Assembly (NCBI GenBank): GCA_017410505.1
Contig: JAFQQR010000043.1
Coordinates: 25,391 to 89,390, forward strand
Source of the DNA: Clostridia bacterium
GTDB taxonomy: Bacteria > Bacillota > Clostridia > TANB77 > CAG-508
Length of the DNA: 64,000 nt
Direction of reading: 5' to 3'
Shown: positions 1-9,029 of the stretch, piece by piece
How the letters are laid out: each line of letters starts with the position of its first letter
How positions within the stretch are numbered: position 1 is the stretch's first letter
The notes under the pieces: generated by a model
Seen by the model: the letters and a program-made list of their open reading frames with translations, nothing else
Databases searched by the model: none
Told to the model about the DNA's origin: nothing
Position numbers and translations under genes: made by a program

Positions 1-7
1 GTATATT

Positions 8-313
8 ATGGAACTAAATTTAAGTTTGGAAAATTTTCAAAAAGAAGTTTTAAACTCAAATGATCCAGTATTAGTAGATTTTTATGCTGATTGGTGTGGT
101 CCTTGTAAAATGATGGCACCTGTAGTTGAATCTCTTGCTGAGGAACTAAAAGGTAAAGCTAAGGTTGGAAAAATAAATGTTGATCAAAATCAAGATTTAG
201 CTATAGAATATAATGTTATGAGTATTCCTACTTTAATTATTTTTAAAGATGGTAAAGAGACAAAAAGATTTGTTGGAGTTAGAGATAAAAATGAGATATT
301 AAATGAATTCTAA
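8..313 (+). CDS. trxA: thioredoxin
   Basis: 101-aa ORF with the WCGPCK redox motif and typical thioredoxin length. A hairpin terminator follows. Confidence 0.9.
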   Translation: MELNLSLENFQKEVLNSNDPVLVDFYADWCGPCKMMAPVVESLAEELKGKAKVGKINVDQNQDLAIEYNVMSIPTLIIFKDGKETKRFVGVRDKNEILNEF

Positions 314-320
314 ATGAAAG

Positions 321-358
321 AAAAAAACCTCTTGTTGTATAAACAAGAGGTTTTTTTC
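321..358. terminator. bidirectional intrinsic terminator between convergent genes
   Basis: A-run, stem aacctcttgtt / aacaagaggtt, then a T-run. Confidence 0.6.
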
Positions 359-361
359 TGG

Positions 362-736
362 TTATTTTTTTACTTGAAGTACATAGATTGTGTTACACGT
401 GTGGATTTCATAAACATTAATTCCAATCACTCGTATTTTCAGTATTGTTGAACTATGCTCCATGTTTCTCCATTTTCCATTTTCTAGTCTGACAAAGTTT
501 TTTAAGCATTCTCCTTTAACCGGAATTTTCGAAGCAACTGCAAGATAGGTTATTCCTACCTCTGTAAACCAACAGCTGTTAAAGTGCCCAGATACACCTT
601 TGAGAGTATAATCGGTTTGAAATCCCCGATCGTTTTCGTTAATAACTTCATAAGTTTTACCTACTGTTAAAAGACTATAATCCGAACATCCACAGTAGCT
701 TTCTGTTTCTCCAGTATAAACAACCATTTTTGCCAT
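362..736 (-). CDS. hypothetical protein (124 aa, Cys-rich N-terminus), compositionally atypical
   Basis: Long ORF with a GGAGG SD upstream (rc of ...aacctcctaaa). GC is visibly higher than in neighbouring genes. Contains an in-frame CGG at 626-628. No recognisable family. Confidence 0.5.
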   Translation of the reverse strand: MAKMVVYTGETESYCGCSDYSLLTVGKTYEVINENDRGFQTDYTLKGVSGHFNSCWFTEVGITYLAVASKIPVKGECLKNFVRLENGKWRNMEHSSTILKIRVIGINVYEIHTCNTIYVLQVKK

Positions 737-873
737 AACTAAAACCTCCTAAAAAAATTTTTTTTGAAGATGTAACGTCGAAGTTACAAAATATATGTAT
801 CATACGTTTATTATACTACATTTTACATAAAGTGTCAAAAGATTGAAGTACTTATGGAAATTTTTGTAAATGA

Positions 874-902
874 TTGACAAGGAAATATCGTAATGTTAGA
901 AT
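874..902 (+). promoter_or_regulatory. sigma-A-like promoter for the 936..2108 gene
   Basis: TTGACA (874-879), 17-nt spacer, TG-extended TAGAAT (897-902). Confidence 0.45.
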
Positions 903-935
903 GTAAAAAGCAAAAAAAAGAAAGGTGGTTTTTTA

Positions 936-2108
936 ATGAAAAAAACAGAAAAAGTTTTAGCAATTGCAGCATTATCAGCAATTGTACCAATGGCAATGCA
1001 TACAAATTCGCTTGCTACAAATGTGGAAGAAGTTGGTGATACTATAGCACCAACAATTACTGTAAAATCAGAGGCAGAAGGAACAATAGGAAACATAGAA
1101 AGAGCTATTTACACAAAAGTAAGTTTCAAATTGCATGATGATACAGCAATAGACAAAGTAGTAATAAATGGAGTGGATAAAGAATTATCTAGTGCAAAAT
1201 GGAGTGATTGGAACAATGTTCAAGTAGGAAAAAATGGAGGAATAGCAGGAAAGAACATAATAAAAGTATTAGATGAAACTGGAAATGAATCAGAAACATA
1301 TACATTCTATTTAGATAATGTTGCACCAACAATAACTGTAAAAGATAATACAGAAACAGAAATATTTACTATTGGTAATAAAGAAACTAATACATATAAA
1401 ATGGTAAGTTTTAAACTATATGACCAATATTTAATAGATAAAATAATCATCAATGGAACAGAAAAGGATTTAACAGATAATAAGTGGAGCGATCATAACT
1501 TTGTAAGTGTAGGAAAAAATGGAGGAATCCAAGGAGAAAATGTAATTACTTTAGTAGATATTATGGGAAATGAGTCATCTTATACATTCTATTTAGATAG
1601 TTCAGCTCCAGTAATAACTGTAAAAGACAACACAGATACAGAGACATTCACAGTTGGAAATAAAGAAACAAATACATATACATTGGTAAGCTTTAAATTA
1701 TATGATGAATATTTAGTAGATAAAATAATTATCAATGGAACAGAAAAAGATTTAACAGACAATAAATGGAGTGACCATAACTTTGTATCTATAGGAAAAA
1801 ATGGAGGAATTGAAGGGGAAAATACAATAACTCTAGTTGATGTGGTTGGAAATGAAACAACATATACATTTTTTCTTGAATCTGAAGATAAAGAAGAAAT
1901 AAAAGATCCATCAGAAAATAATACAGAAGATAATACACAAGATAACACAGAAGACAATGTAGGAGATAATACAGTAGATAATGTAGAAGACAATACAAGT
2001 AAGCCAACAAATCCAGATTGTGAGAAAAACAAACATCACTCAAAATTTGTGCATAAAATATACAATATTTTTAAAAATATATTTTGGGGATTTTGTGGAA
2101 GAAAATAA
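936..2108 (+). CDS. secreted or surface protein with three tandem ~95-aa repeats and an Asp/Asn/Thr-rich tail
   Basis: N-terminal signal-like hydrophobic segment. Three repeats begin with AP(T/V)ITVK at about nt 1047, 1323 and 1608. C-terminal tail reads NTEDNTQDNTEDNVGDN. Confidence 0.75.
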   Translation: MKKTEKVLAIAALSAIVPMAMHTNSLATNVEEVGDTIAPTITVKSEAEGTIGNIERAIYTKVSFKLHDDTAIDKVVINGVDKELSSAKWSDWNNVQVGKNGGIAGKNIIKVLDETGNESETYTFYLDNVAPTITVKDNTETEIFTIGNKETNTYKMVSFKLYDQYLIDKIIINGTEKDLTDNKWSDHNFVSVGKNGGIQGENVITLVDIMGNESSYTFYLDSSAPVITVKDNTDTETFTVGNKETNTYTLVSFKLYDEYLVDKIIINGTEKDLTDNKWSDHNFVSIGKNGGIEGENTITLVDVVGNETTYTFFLESEDKEEIKDPSENNTEDNTQDNTEDNVGDNTVDNVEDNTSKPTNPDCEKNKHHSKFVHKIYNIFKNIFWGFCGRK

Positions 2109-2137
2109 TTAAATAGTAATAATATAAATATTGGAAA

Positions 2138-2176
2138 CCACCTACATAAATATATTTTTATGTAGGTGGATTTTTT
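2138..2176 (+). terminator. intrinsic terminator
   Basis: Stem ccacctacata / tatgtaggtgg followed by tttttt. Confidence 0.6.
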
Positions 2177-2244
2177 GTATATTGAAATTTCTATATATTT
2201 TTGGTATAATAAGTTAAGTTAAAGTAAGAAAAGAGGAAATAAAT

Positions 2245-2712
2245 ATGGATAGAATGAAAACTCTACTAAAATATGTATTATGGTTAGTATTATTTTTTAT
2301 ATTTTCAAATATATTGATAAATATATCAATAGAAACAACATATCAAAATATAGGAAGAAAAGATAATTTAGAACAAGTTAATGTTTATGAAGCTCAAGCA
2401 ACAAAAGTTAATGGAAGAATTAAAGGGACAATATATAATAAATCAGAAAATAAAATAACAAATACCTATTTAAGAATAGATTTATATTCAGAAAGAGATA
2501 TTTTGCTAGGTAGTCAATATGTTGATATTTCATCATTAAGAGATAATGAAACAAGAAATTTTGAAGTATACTTCAAAGTACAAGATGTAGAATATTACCA
2601 AATGAATTTTACAGATGAAAAAGTAGAAGGTGAGCTTCCAGTAATGTTACAAGATTTAACAAAAGAAGAGGTAGTATGGGGAACATTTTTAACATTTTTA
2701 ATTTTTTGGTAA
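2245..2712 (+). CDS. hypothetical membrane protein (TM helices at N- and C-termini)
   Basis: 155-aa ORF with an SD (agaggaaat). Hydrophobic segments at both termini. Confidence 0.6.
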   Translation: MDRMKTLLKYVLWLVLFFIFSNILINISIETTYQNIGRKDNLEQVNVYEAQATKVNGRIKGTIYNKSENKITNTYLRIDLYSERDILLGSQYVDISSLRDNETRNFEVYFKVQDVEYYQMNFTDEKVEGELPVMLQDLTKEEVVWGTFLTFLIFW

Positions 2713-2778
2713 TAATATTGTTATATAAAAATGTTTAGTTAAATAGAGAAAAATAGAGAGAAATAATTGCAAAAGCTT

Positions 2779-3423
2779 TTATTTCTTTCTATTTTTAGTT
2801 TTATAATATTTACAATATTGATTAACTGAGCAAATATCACACTTAGGACTTCTTGCGACACAAGTATTTCTACCATGCCAAACAAATAAATGATTAATAT
2901 CTTTTAAAGAGTTTTTAGGGAAAATTTTCAATAAATCTTGTTCAATTTTAGAAGGATCTGATTCTTTAGAAAGACCAATCAAATTAGAAATTCTTTTAGC
3001 ATGAGTATCAACAGCAATACCATTAGCAACGCCAAAAGCCTCAAGCATAACAACATTAGCAGATTTTCTACCAACGCCAGCTAATTTTTGCAAATCTTCC
3101 ATATTATTAGGAACTTTGCCATTAAAATTTTCTAAAACTTGCTTAGCACATAACTTGATATTTTTTGCTTTATTTTTATAAAAACCACAAGGGTGAATAA
3201 TATCTTCTAATTCTTTAATATCGATATCAGCAAAATCTTGAATAGTTTTACATCTTTCAAACAAGCTAGGCGTTGTTTTATTAACTCTTTCATCAGTACA
3301 TTGTGCAGAAAGCATTACAGCTACAACCATTTGAAAAGGAGTTTCAAAATCTAAACTACAAGTAGCATCTGGATAAGCCTTTTTTAAAATTTCTACAAAA
3401 TCTATTACATCACTTTTTTTCAT
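2779..3423 (-). CDS. nth: endonuclease III (DNA glycosylase / AP lyase)
   Basis: HhH-GPD signature (LQKLAGVGRKSANVV) and a C-terminal 4Fe-4S cluster motif (C-x6-C-x2-C-x5-C). Confidence 0.9.
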   Translation of the reverse strand: MKKSDVIDFVEILKKAYPDATCSLDFETPFQMVVAVMLSAQCTDERVNKTTPSLFERCKTIQDFADIDIKELEDIIHPCGFYKNKAKNIKLCAKQVLENFNGKVPNNMEDLQKLAGVGRKSANVVMLEAFGVANGIAVDTHAKRISNLIGLSKESDPSKIEQDLLKIFPKNSLKDINHLFVWHGRNTCVARSPKCDICSVNQYCKYYKTKNRKK

Positions 3424-3569
3424 AAAAAAATCCTCACTTATATAATAATTATAAACGTATTATATAAGGTATTACAAGAAAAATCAACAACTGAAATATG
3501 GAGTAACATAAAAAAGGAACAATAAAATAAATAAAATAATATAATATATAAAAAGAAGGAGGTAATAAT

Positions 3570-3719
3570 ATGTTTTGTGCATTAAAAAAGACAATAGGAG
3601 TTGTATTAATAGGAATAGGAATTGGAATATTGCTAGTATTATTGCTTCCACTTACAGGCTGGCTATTTATAATAGGAGTCGCTCTTGCATGTGTAGGACT
3701 AATGTGGCTTGCTTGCTAA
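3570..3719 (+). CDS. small hydrophobic membrane protein (49 aa), absent from the ORF track
   Basis: AAGGAGG SD 8 nt upstream of the ATG. Translation MFCALKKTIGVVLIGIGIGILLVLLLPLTGWLFIIGVALACVGLMWLAC predicts two TM helices. Confidence 0.5.
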   Translation: MFCALKKTIGVVLIGIGIGILLVLLLPLTGWLFIIGVALACVGLMWLAC

Positions 3720-3736
3720 AAAAGGAGGTATTACAT

Positions 3737-3811
3737 ATGACTATAGTTGTAAAAAAAGTTCCGAAGTTTTTACGTGGATTTGTAAAATTAATTTTTGGAA
3801 TAAAAGATTAA
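3737..3811 (+). CDS. 24-aa micro-ORF (MTIVVKKVPKFLRGFVKLIFGIKD)
   Basis: AAAGGAGG SD 8 nt upstream. Lies immediately after the 49-aa ORF and is followed by a hairpin terminator. Confidence 0.3.
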   Translation: MTIVVKKVPKFLRGFVKLIFGIKD

Positions 3812-3817
3812 AAAAGA

Positions 3818-3852
3818 GGGATTATGGGGACGGGTCTTCAAATCCCTTTTTT
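3818..3852 (+). terminator. intrinsic terminator; member of the GGGATT..GGGGACG..AAATCCC hairpin family
   Basis: gggattatggggacgggtcttcaaatccc followed by a T-run. Confidence 0.6.
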
Positions 3853-3872
3853 TACATCAACAAAAAAAGAGC

Positions 3873-4073
3873 CTAAGCTCTTTTTACTTTACCATCTTTT
3901 AAACATTTTGCGCAAACGTGAATTCTTTTTGTTTCACCATTTTCCATTATAGCTTTAACACTTCTTAAATTTGGTTTCCAAGTTCTTGGACTTCTTTTAC
4001 TTATATGTGAACGAGTAATGCTAAGCTTATTTCCATTACTTTGTGTTTTATTACAAACTGCACATTTAGCCAT
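3873..4073 (-). CDS. rpmB: 50S ribosomal protein L28
   Basis: MAKCAVCNK...SHISKRS...NLRSVK pattern typical of L28. GGAGGTG SD precedes the internal ATG at 4073, so the ORF-track N-terminal extension is rejected. Confidence 0.9.
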   Translation of the reverse strand: MAKCAVCNKTQSNGNKLSITRSHISKRSPRTWKPNLRSVKAIMENGETKRIHVCAKCLKDGKVKRA

Positions 4074-4240
4074 TTTTTTGCACCTCCTAAATTTTAAAAT
4101 AAATTGACTGTTAATAAGTTTAACACAAAAGAATAAAAAAAACAAGCATTTTTTGAAAATTATAAAAAAAACCTTGCAAATTAGGAAAAATATGGTATAA
4201 TATAAAAGCTATTAACTAAAAGGAAAGGATTGAATTAACA

Positions 4241-5527
4241 ATGAAATGTAAAGTTGAAAAAACAGAAAACGCAAATGAAGTAAAATTAGAATTAACAATA
4301 GAAGCTAAAAAATTTGATGAGGCAATACAAAAAGTATATTTCAAAAGTGCAAAATACTTTAATATACCAGGATTCAGAAAAGGTAAAGCACCAATGAATA
4401 TAGTAGAAAAATATTATGGAAAAGAAATATTCTATGAAGATGCATTCAATGAAGTAGTACCAGGAGAATTAGAAGAAGCATTAAAAGAAAACAACATAGA
4501 AGTTGTAAGTAAAGCTGATATTGATGTAAAACAAATAGAAAAAGGAAAAGATTTAATATTCACAGCAGTATTCCAAACAAAGCCAGAAGTAAAACTAGGA
4601 AAATATAAAGGTATAGAAGTACCAAAAATAGAGTATACTGTATCAGATGAAGATATAAATCATGAATTATCACATATGCAAGAACACAATTCAAGATTAA
4701 TATCAGTAGAAGACAGAGCAGTAGAAAACGGAGATATAACAGTAATAGACTTCGAAGGATTTGTTGATGACAAAGCATTCGAAGGAGGAAAAGCAGAAGG
4801 ACATGAATTAGAAATAGGAAGCAACACATTTATACCAGGATTTGAAGACCAAATAATTGGAATGAAAATAGATGAAGAAAAAGATATAAATGTAAAATTC
4901 CCAGAAGAATACTTCTCAAAAGACTTAGCTGGAAAAGATGCAACATTTAAAGTAAAATTACATGAAATAAAGAAAAAAGAACTACCAGAACTAGATGACG
5001 AATTTGCAAAAGATGTAAGTGAATTTGATACATTAGAAGAATTAAAGAAAAGCATCAAAGACAGAATAGAAAAAGAAAATGAACAAAAACAAAAATATGA
5101 AACAGAAGATGCTGTAATAAAAGCAGTATGCGAAAATATAGAAGTTGAAATTCCATCAGGAATGATAGAAACAGAAACAGAAGATATGTTAAAAAATGTA
5201 GAAAATAGATTAGCATATCAAGGATTAAAATTAGAACAATATCTTCAAATGATGGGAAAAACAGCTGAAGAAATAAAAAAAGAATATGAACCTCAAGCAA
5301 TAGAAGCTATAAAATCAAGATTAATGTTAGAAGCAGTAATAAAAGCTGAAAAAATAGAGGCAACAGAAGATGAAATAGTAGAAAAAATGAAAGAAATGGC
5401 TAAAAACTATGGAAAAGAAGATGACAAAGAATTCTTAGAAAATGAAAATGTAAGAAAATACATAAAGAGTGGAGTAGAATCTGAAAAAGCATTAGAATTC
5501 TTAGTAAAAAATGCAAAAATAAAATAA
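4241..5527 (+). CDS. tig: trigger factor
   Basis: 428 aa with the GFRKGKAP ribosome-binding motif and an FKBP-like middle domain. Sits in conserved tig-clpP-clpX order. Confidence 0.92.
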   Translation: MKCKVEKTENANEVKLELTIEAKKFDEAIQKVYFKSAKYFNIPGFRKGKAPMNIVEKYYGKEIFYEDAFNEVVPGELEEALKENNIEVVSKADIDVKQIEKGKDLIFTAVFQTKPEVKLGKYKGIEVPKIEYTVSDEDINHELSHMQEHNSRLISVEDRAVENGDITVIDFEGFVDDKAFEGGKAEGHELEIGSNTFIPGFEDQIIGMKIDEEKDINVKFPEEYFSKDLAGKDATFKVKLHEIKKKELPELDDEFAKDVSEFDTLEELKKSIKDRIEKENEQKQKYETEDAVIKAVCENIEVEIPSGMIETETEDMLKNVENRLAYQGLKLEQYLQMMGKTAEEIKKEYEPQAIEAIKSRLMLEAVIKAEKIEATEDEIVEKMKEMAKNYGKEDDKEFLENENVRKYIKSGVESEKALEFLVKNAKIK

Positions 5528-5678
5528 TGTCCAAAAGGGACGTTTCTAATTGGACAAAAATGTCCAATTGGGATAGATATTAAAAATATTAAAAAGAGAG
5601 GTTGGGGTGAAAAATAATTAAATTGAATTAATTTCAGTACCAACCTTTTAAAATTAAAATCAATAAGGAGGAAAAAGA

Positions 5679-6290
5679 ATGTTAGAAAGAAACAGTTTAG
5701 TACCTTATGTAGTTGAACAAACAAGTAAAGGAGAAAGATCATATGATATTTTCTCAAGATTACTAAAAGACAGAATAATATTTTTAGGGGAAGATGTAAA
5801 TCCAACATCAGCAAGCTTAGTAATAGCACAATTACTATTTTTAGAATCAGAAGATCCAGATAAAGAAATATTCTTATATATAAATTCACCAGGAGGATCA
5901 ATAACTGATGGAATGGGAATAGTTGACACAATGAATTATATTAAATGCCCAGTAACAACAATATGTGTAGGATTAGCAGCAAGTTTTGGAGCAGTACTTT
6001 TAGCAAATGGTGAAAAAGGAAAAAGATTTGCAACACCAAACTCTGAAATATTAATTCATCAACCATTAATAGGAGGCCATGGAGGAGGAATTTCAGGTCA
6101 AGCTACTGAAATTAAGATTCATGCAGACCATATGATAAGAACGAGAGCAAAATTAAATAAATTATTAAGCGAAAAAACAGGTCAATCTATTGAAACAATA
6201 GAAAGAGATACAGAAAGAGACCACTATATGACAGCTCAAGAAGCATTGGAATATGGATTAATTGATGGAATAATGGATAAAAGAATGTAA
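5679..6290 (+). CDS. clpP: ATP-dependent Clp protease proteolytic subunit
   Basis: [19 protein letters not shown]...INSPGGS...G.AAS...IHQP motifs characteristic of ClpP. Confidence 0.95.
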   Translation: MLERNSLVPYVVEQTSKGERSYDIFSRLLKDRIIFLGEDVNPTSASLVIAQLLFLESEDPDKEIFLYINSPGGSITDGMGIVDTMNYIKCPVTTICVGLAASFGAVLLANGEKGKRFATPNSEILIHQPLIGGHGGGISGQATEIKIHADHMIRTRAKLNKLLSEKTGQSIETIERDTERDHYMTAQEALEYGLIDGIMDKRM

Positions 6291-6404
6291 TATTTGTAAA
6301 TTAAGGATTTGAAAAATTCTTAATTTGTGATGAGCGGAGCGATTTATAAAATAAAAAATTTTAATTTTTTATTTTATGATGAACGAAGTGAAAGGAGATA
6401 TGTT

Positions 6405-7727
6405 ATGGCTAAAAATGATGTGCCAAAGAGTGTAAGATGTTCATTTTGTGGTAAATCACAAGAAAGTGTAAAAAAAATAGTTGCAGGACCAGGAGTATAT
6501 ATATGTGATGAATGTGTAGATCTTTGTACAAGTATAATTGCAGCTGAAAATTATGAAGATGAAGAAGCAGGATATACTTTAAATGAATTAGATAAAATAC
6601 CTAGTCCAAAAGAAATAAAGAAAATTTTAGATGATTATGTAATAGGACAAGAAGAAGCAAAAAAAACATTATCAGTAGCAGTATATAATCATTATAAAAG
6701 AATAGCACATGAAGATAGTGATAAAAAAGATGATGTAGAAATCCAAAAAAGTAATATATTACTTTTAGGACCAACAGGATGTGGAAAAACACTACTTGCA
6801 AGAACACTTGCAAAAATTTTAAATGTACCTTTTGCAATAGCAGATGCTACAACACTTACAGAAGCAGGATATGTTGGAGAAGATGTTGAAAATATTTTAT
6901 TAAAACTTATTCAAGCAGCAGATGGAGATATTCAAAAAGCTGAAAAAGGTATTGTTTATATAGATGAAATTGACAAAATAACAAGAAAATCTGAAAACTT
7001 ATCAATTACAAGAGATGTTAGCGGAGAAGGTGTTCAACAAGCCTTACTAAAAATAATAGAAGGTACAATAGCATCAGTTCCACCTCAAGGAGGAAGAAAA
7101 CATCCAAACCAAGAAATGTTACAAATAAATACAGAAAATATTTTATTTATTTGTGGAGGAGCATTTGAAGGATTAGAAAATATCATAAAAGATCGAACAG
7201 GCAAAAAGAGTATAGGATTTGGAACAAAAATAGAAAGTCAAAAAGAAATTAACAAATATGAAATTTTCCAAGAAATGCTACCACAAGATTTATTAAAATA
7301 TGGATTAATACCAGAATTTATAGGAAGATTACCAATAATAGCAACACTAAAAGATTTAGATAAAGAAGCTTTAATAAAAATTGCAACAGAACCAAAAAAT
7401 GCCTTAGTTAAACAATATAAAAAGCTATTAGAAATGGATGATGTAGAGCTTGAATTTAAGCAAGAATCATTATATGCCATTGTAGATAAAGCAATAGAAA
7501 GAAAAACAGGAGCTAGAGGACTTCGTTCAATTATTGAAGAAATAATGAGAGACATAATGTTTGATATTCCTTCTACACCTAATATATCAAAATGCATAAT
7601 AACAAAAGACACAGTTATAAATAAGAAAACACCAGAGATTATTATAAATGAAAATAAAGAAAATGAACTGGTAAAATCTAAAAAAAACAGACATGTGCCA
7701 GATAAAAAAAGTAGAGAAACAGCATAG
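6405..7727 (+). CDS. clpX: ATP-dependent Clp protease ATP-binding subunit ClpX
   Basis: N-terminal zinc finger (CSFCGK...CDEC), Walker A (GPTGCGKT) and the IGF-type loop (FGT). Start placed at the ATG preceded by AAAGGAG. Confidence 0.95.
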   Translation: MAKNDVPKSVRCSFCGKSQESVKKIVAGPGVYICDECVDLCTSIIAAENYEDEEAGYTLNELDKIPSPKEIKKILDDYVIGQEEAKKTLSVAVYNHYKRIAHEDSDKKDDVEIQKSNILLLGPTGCGKTLLARTLAKILNVPFAIADATTLTEAGYVGEDVENILLKLIQAADGDIQKAEKGIVYIDEIDKITRKSENLSITRDVSGEGVQQALLKIIEGTIASVPPQGGRKHPNQEMLQINTENILFICGGAFEGLENIIKDRTGKKSIGFGTKIESQKEINKYEIFQEMLPQDLLKYGLIPEFIGRLPIIATLKDLDKEALIKIATEPKNALVKQYKKLLEMDDVELEFKQESLYAIVDKAIERKTGARGLRSIIEEIMRDIMFDIPSTPNISKCIITKDTVINKKTPEIIINENKENELVKSKKNRHVPDKKSRETA

Positions 7728-7760
7728 AATATAAAAAATAAATATAAAGGGGTAATAAAA

Positions 7761-8438
7761 ATGGAAGAAAACAAAAATGAAAACAAAATTAATACAGAAG
7801 AAATCAAATCAGAAACAGTAAATACAGTAAACGAAGTAAAAGAAACAATAAAAAAAGTAGATGTAAAAAAAGATACATTAGAAACTAAAGGATTTATCAA
7901 AGAATTATTTACAGATCCATTAGGAAAAATGAAAGCAATAGCAGAAGATAATAGTAACAAATTTTTAAAAAATGCTTTAATAGTAGTAATAATATGGATG
8001 GCAGCAGTATTAATTAAGCAAATATTTGGAACAACAAGTTTATGGAAATATTATGGATTTAAACAATTTATAAATATAATATTAACAACAATATCTCCAG
8101 CAGTTGGAATAATAGTTATGTCAGTAATTATCATGATAGTAAATAAAGAAAATAAAAAATCATTAACACAACTAATAACATGTATAACAACAGCTAGATT
8201 ACCATTAGCAATAGCAGGGGTAGTAAGTTTATTAACATTAATAAATTCTTCTATAAGTGCATTTACAACTCCATTTTCAAAATTATGTAGTGTTATATCA
8301 ATTCTACTAACATATTTTGTAGCAAAAGATATTTTTGCAGAAAAAGAAAATTCAAAATTTATTAAGAAATTTGTAATAATTGAAGGTATTTATTATATAG
8401 CATATTTTGTATTAACTTATTTAGGAATATATATCTAA
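7761..8438 (+). CDS. hypothetical polytopic membrane protein
   Basis: 225 aa with a charged N-terminal region followed by about 5 hydrophobic helices. SD aaagggg. Confidence 0.6.
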   Translation: MEENKNENKINTEEIKSETVNTVNEVKETIKKVDVKKDTLETKGFIKELFTDPLGKMKAIAEDNSNKFLKNALIVVIIWMAAVLIKQIFGTTSLWKYYGFKQFINIILTTISPAVGIIVMSVIIMIVNKENKKSLTQLITCITTARLPLAIAGVVSLLTLINSSISAFTTPFSKLCSVISILLTYFVAKDIFAEKENSKFIKKFVIIEGIYYIAYFVLTYLGIYI

Positions 8439-8443
8439 AACTG

Positions 8444-8480
8444 AAACCACTTTCTAAAAATAATTTAGAGAGTGGTTTTA
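8444..8480 (+). terminator. intrinsic terminator
   Basis: Stem aaaccactttcta / tagagagtggttt. Confidence 0.55.
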
Positions 8481-8509
8481 ATGTATTTAAAATTAATATA
8501 AAAGGAGAG

Positions 8510-8935
8510 TTGCTTTTTCAGAAAAGAGCTGAAAGTAAAAAAACAAGTCCTAATAAATGGGGAAAAACAGGGGGACATGTAGATGCAGGAGAAGAGGTAG
8601 AGACAGCAATGATAAGAGAAATTAAGGAAGAAATAGGTATAGATATAGATAAAAAAGATTTAGAATTATTATCTATATATAAAAGTGAAGACGTAAAGAA
8701 TAAATATTTTGGGTATGATTTTTTTGCTAGAGTGAATTATTTGATAGAAGAGTATACTTTACAAAAAGAGGAAGTAAGTGAAGTAAAATATATGACAATT
8801 GAAGAAATGGAAAAAATAAAAGAAAATAATGATGAAAATTATACTTTTATAAAATGGGGTAATGAAAGTTTTTATGAAAAGATAAGGATGCTTAAAGAAA
8901 AGAGATTAAATGCAAGTGCGACACACGGAGTTTGA
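8510..8935 (+). CDS. NUDIX hydrolase, apparently 5'-truncated (TTG start)
   Basis: Nudix box GGHVDAGEEVETAMIREIKEEIG starts at residue 21. About 20 aa of the usual N-terminal beta strands are missing. Confidence 0.55.
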   Translation: MLFQKRAESKKTSPNKWGKTGGHVDAGEEVETAMIREIKEEIGIDIDKKDLELLSIYKSEDVKNKYFGYDFFARVNYLIEEYTLQKEEVSEVKYMTIEEMEKIKENNDENYTFIKWGNESFYEKIRMLKEKRLNASATHGV

Positions 8936-9029
8936 CAAATTATGTAAATTAATATATAATTGATGTATTGCACGTTTTTATATAATGCTGTAATTTGCAA
9001 AAAGGATATTTTTGAAAGGAGAATACATT

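Noticed and set aside
3575-3811. 78-aa ORF from the track
   Set aside because: It has no SD and an implausible Arg/Asn/Cys-rich sequence. The region is better explained by two SD-preceded short ORFs in other frames or phases (3570..3719 and 3737..3811).
6320-6345. Hammerhead-ribozyme-like 'TGATGAGCG...CGAAAGG' in the family D leaders
   Set aside because: The segments between GATGA and GAAA do not form a stem II (GCGAGC is repeated directly, not inverted). No flanking stems I/III or cleavage triplet could be drawn.
6327-6404. N-terminal extension of ClpX, and similar extensions for rpmB, asd, hpf, rimO, metK, rbfA and the SASP gene
   Set aside because: In each case an internal ATG preceded by a GGAGG-type SD gives the family-typical N-terminus. 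The upstream part overlaps intergenic repeat or leader sequence.
7238-7960. Long antisense ORFs opposite clpX, infB (51625..52242), rng (57757..58377), tig, ftsH, the repeat protein and others
   Set aside because: These are shadow ORFs typical of AT-rich, purine-skewed coding strands. They have low-complexity Leu/Phe/Ser/Ile translations and no SDs, and they fully overlap well-supported genes.
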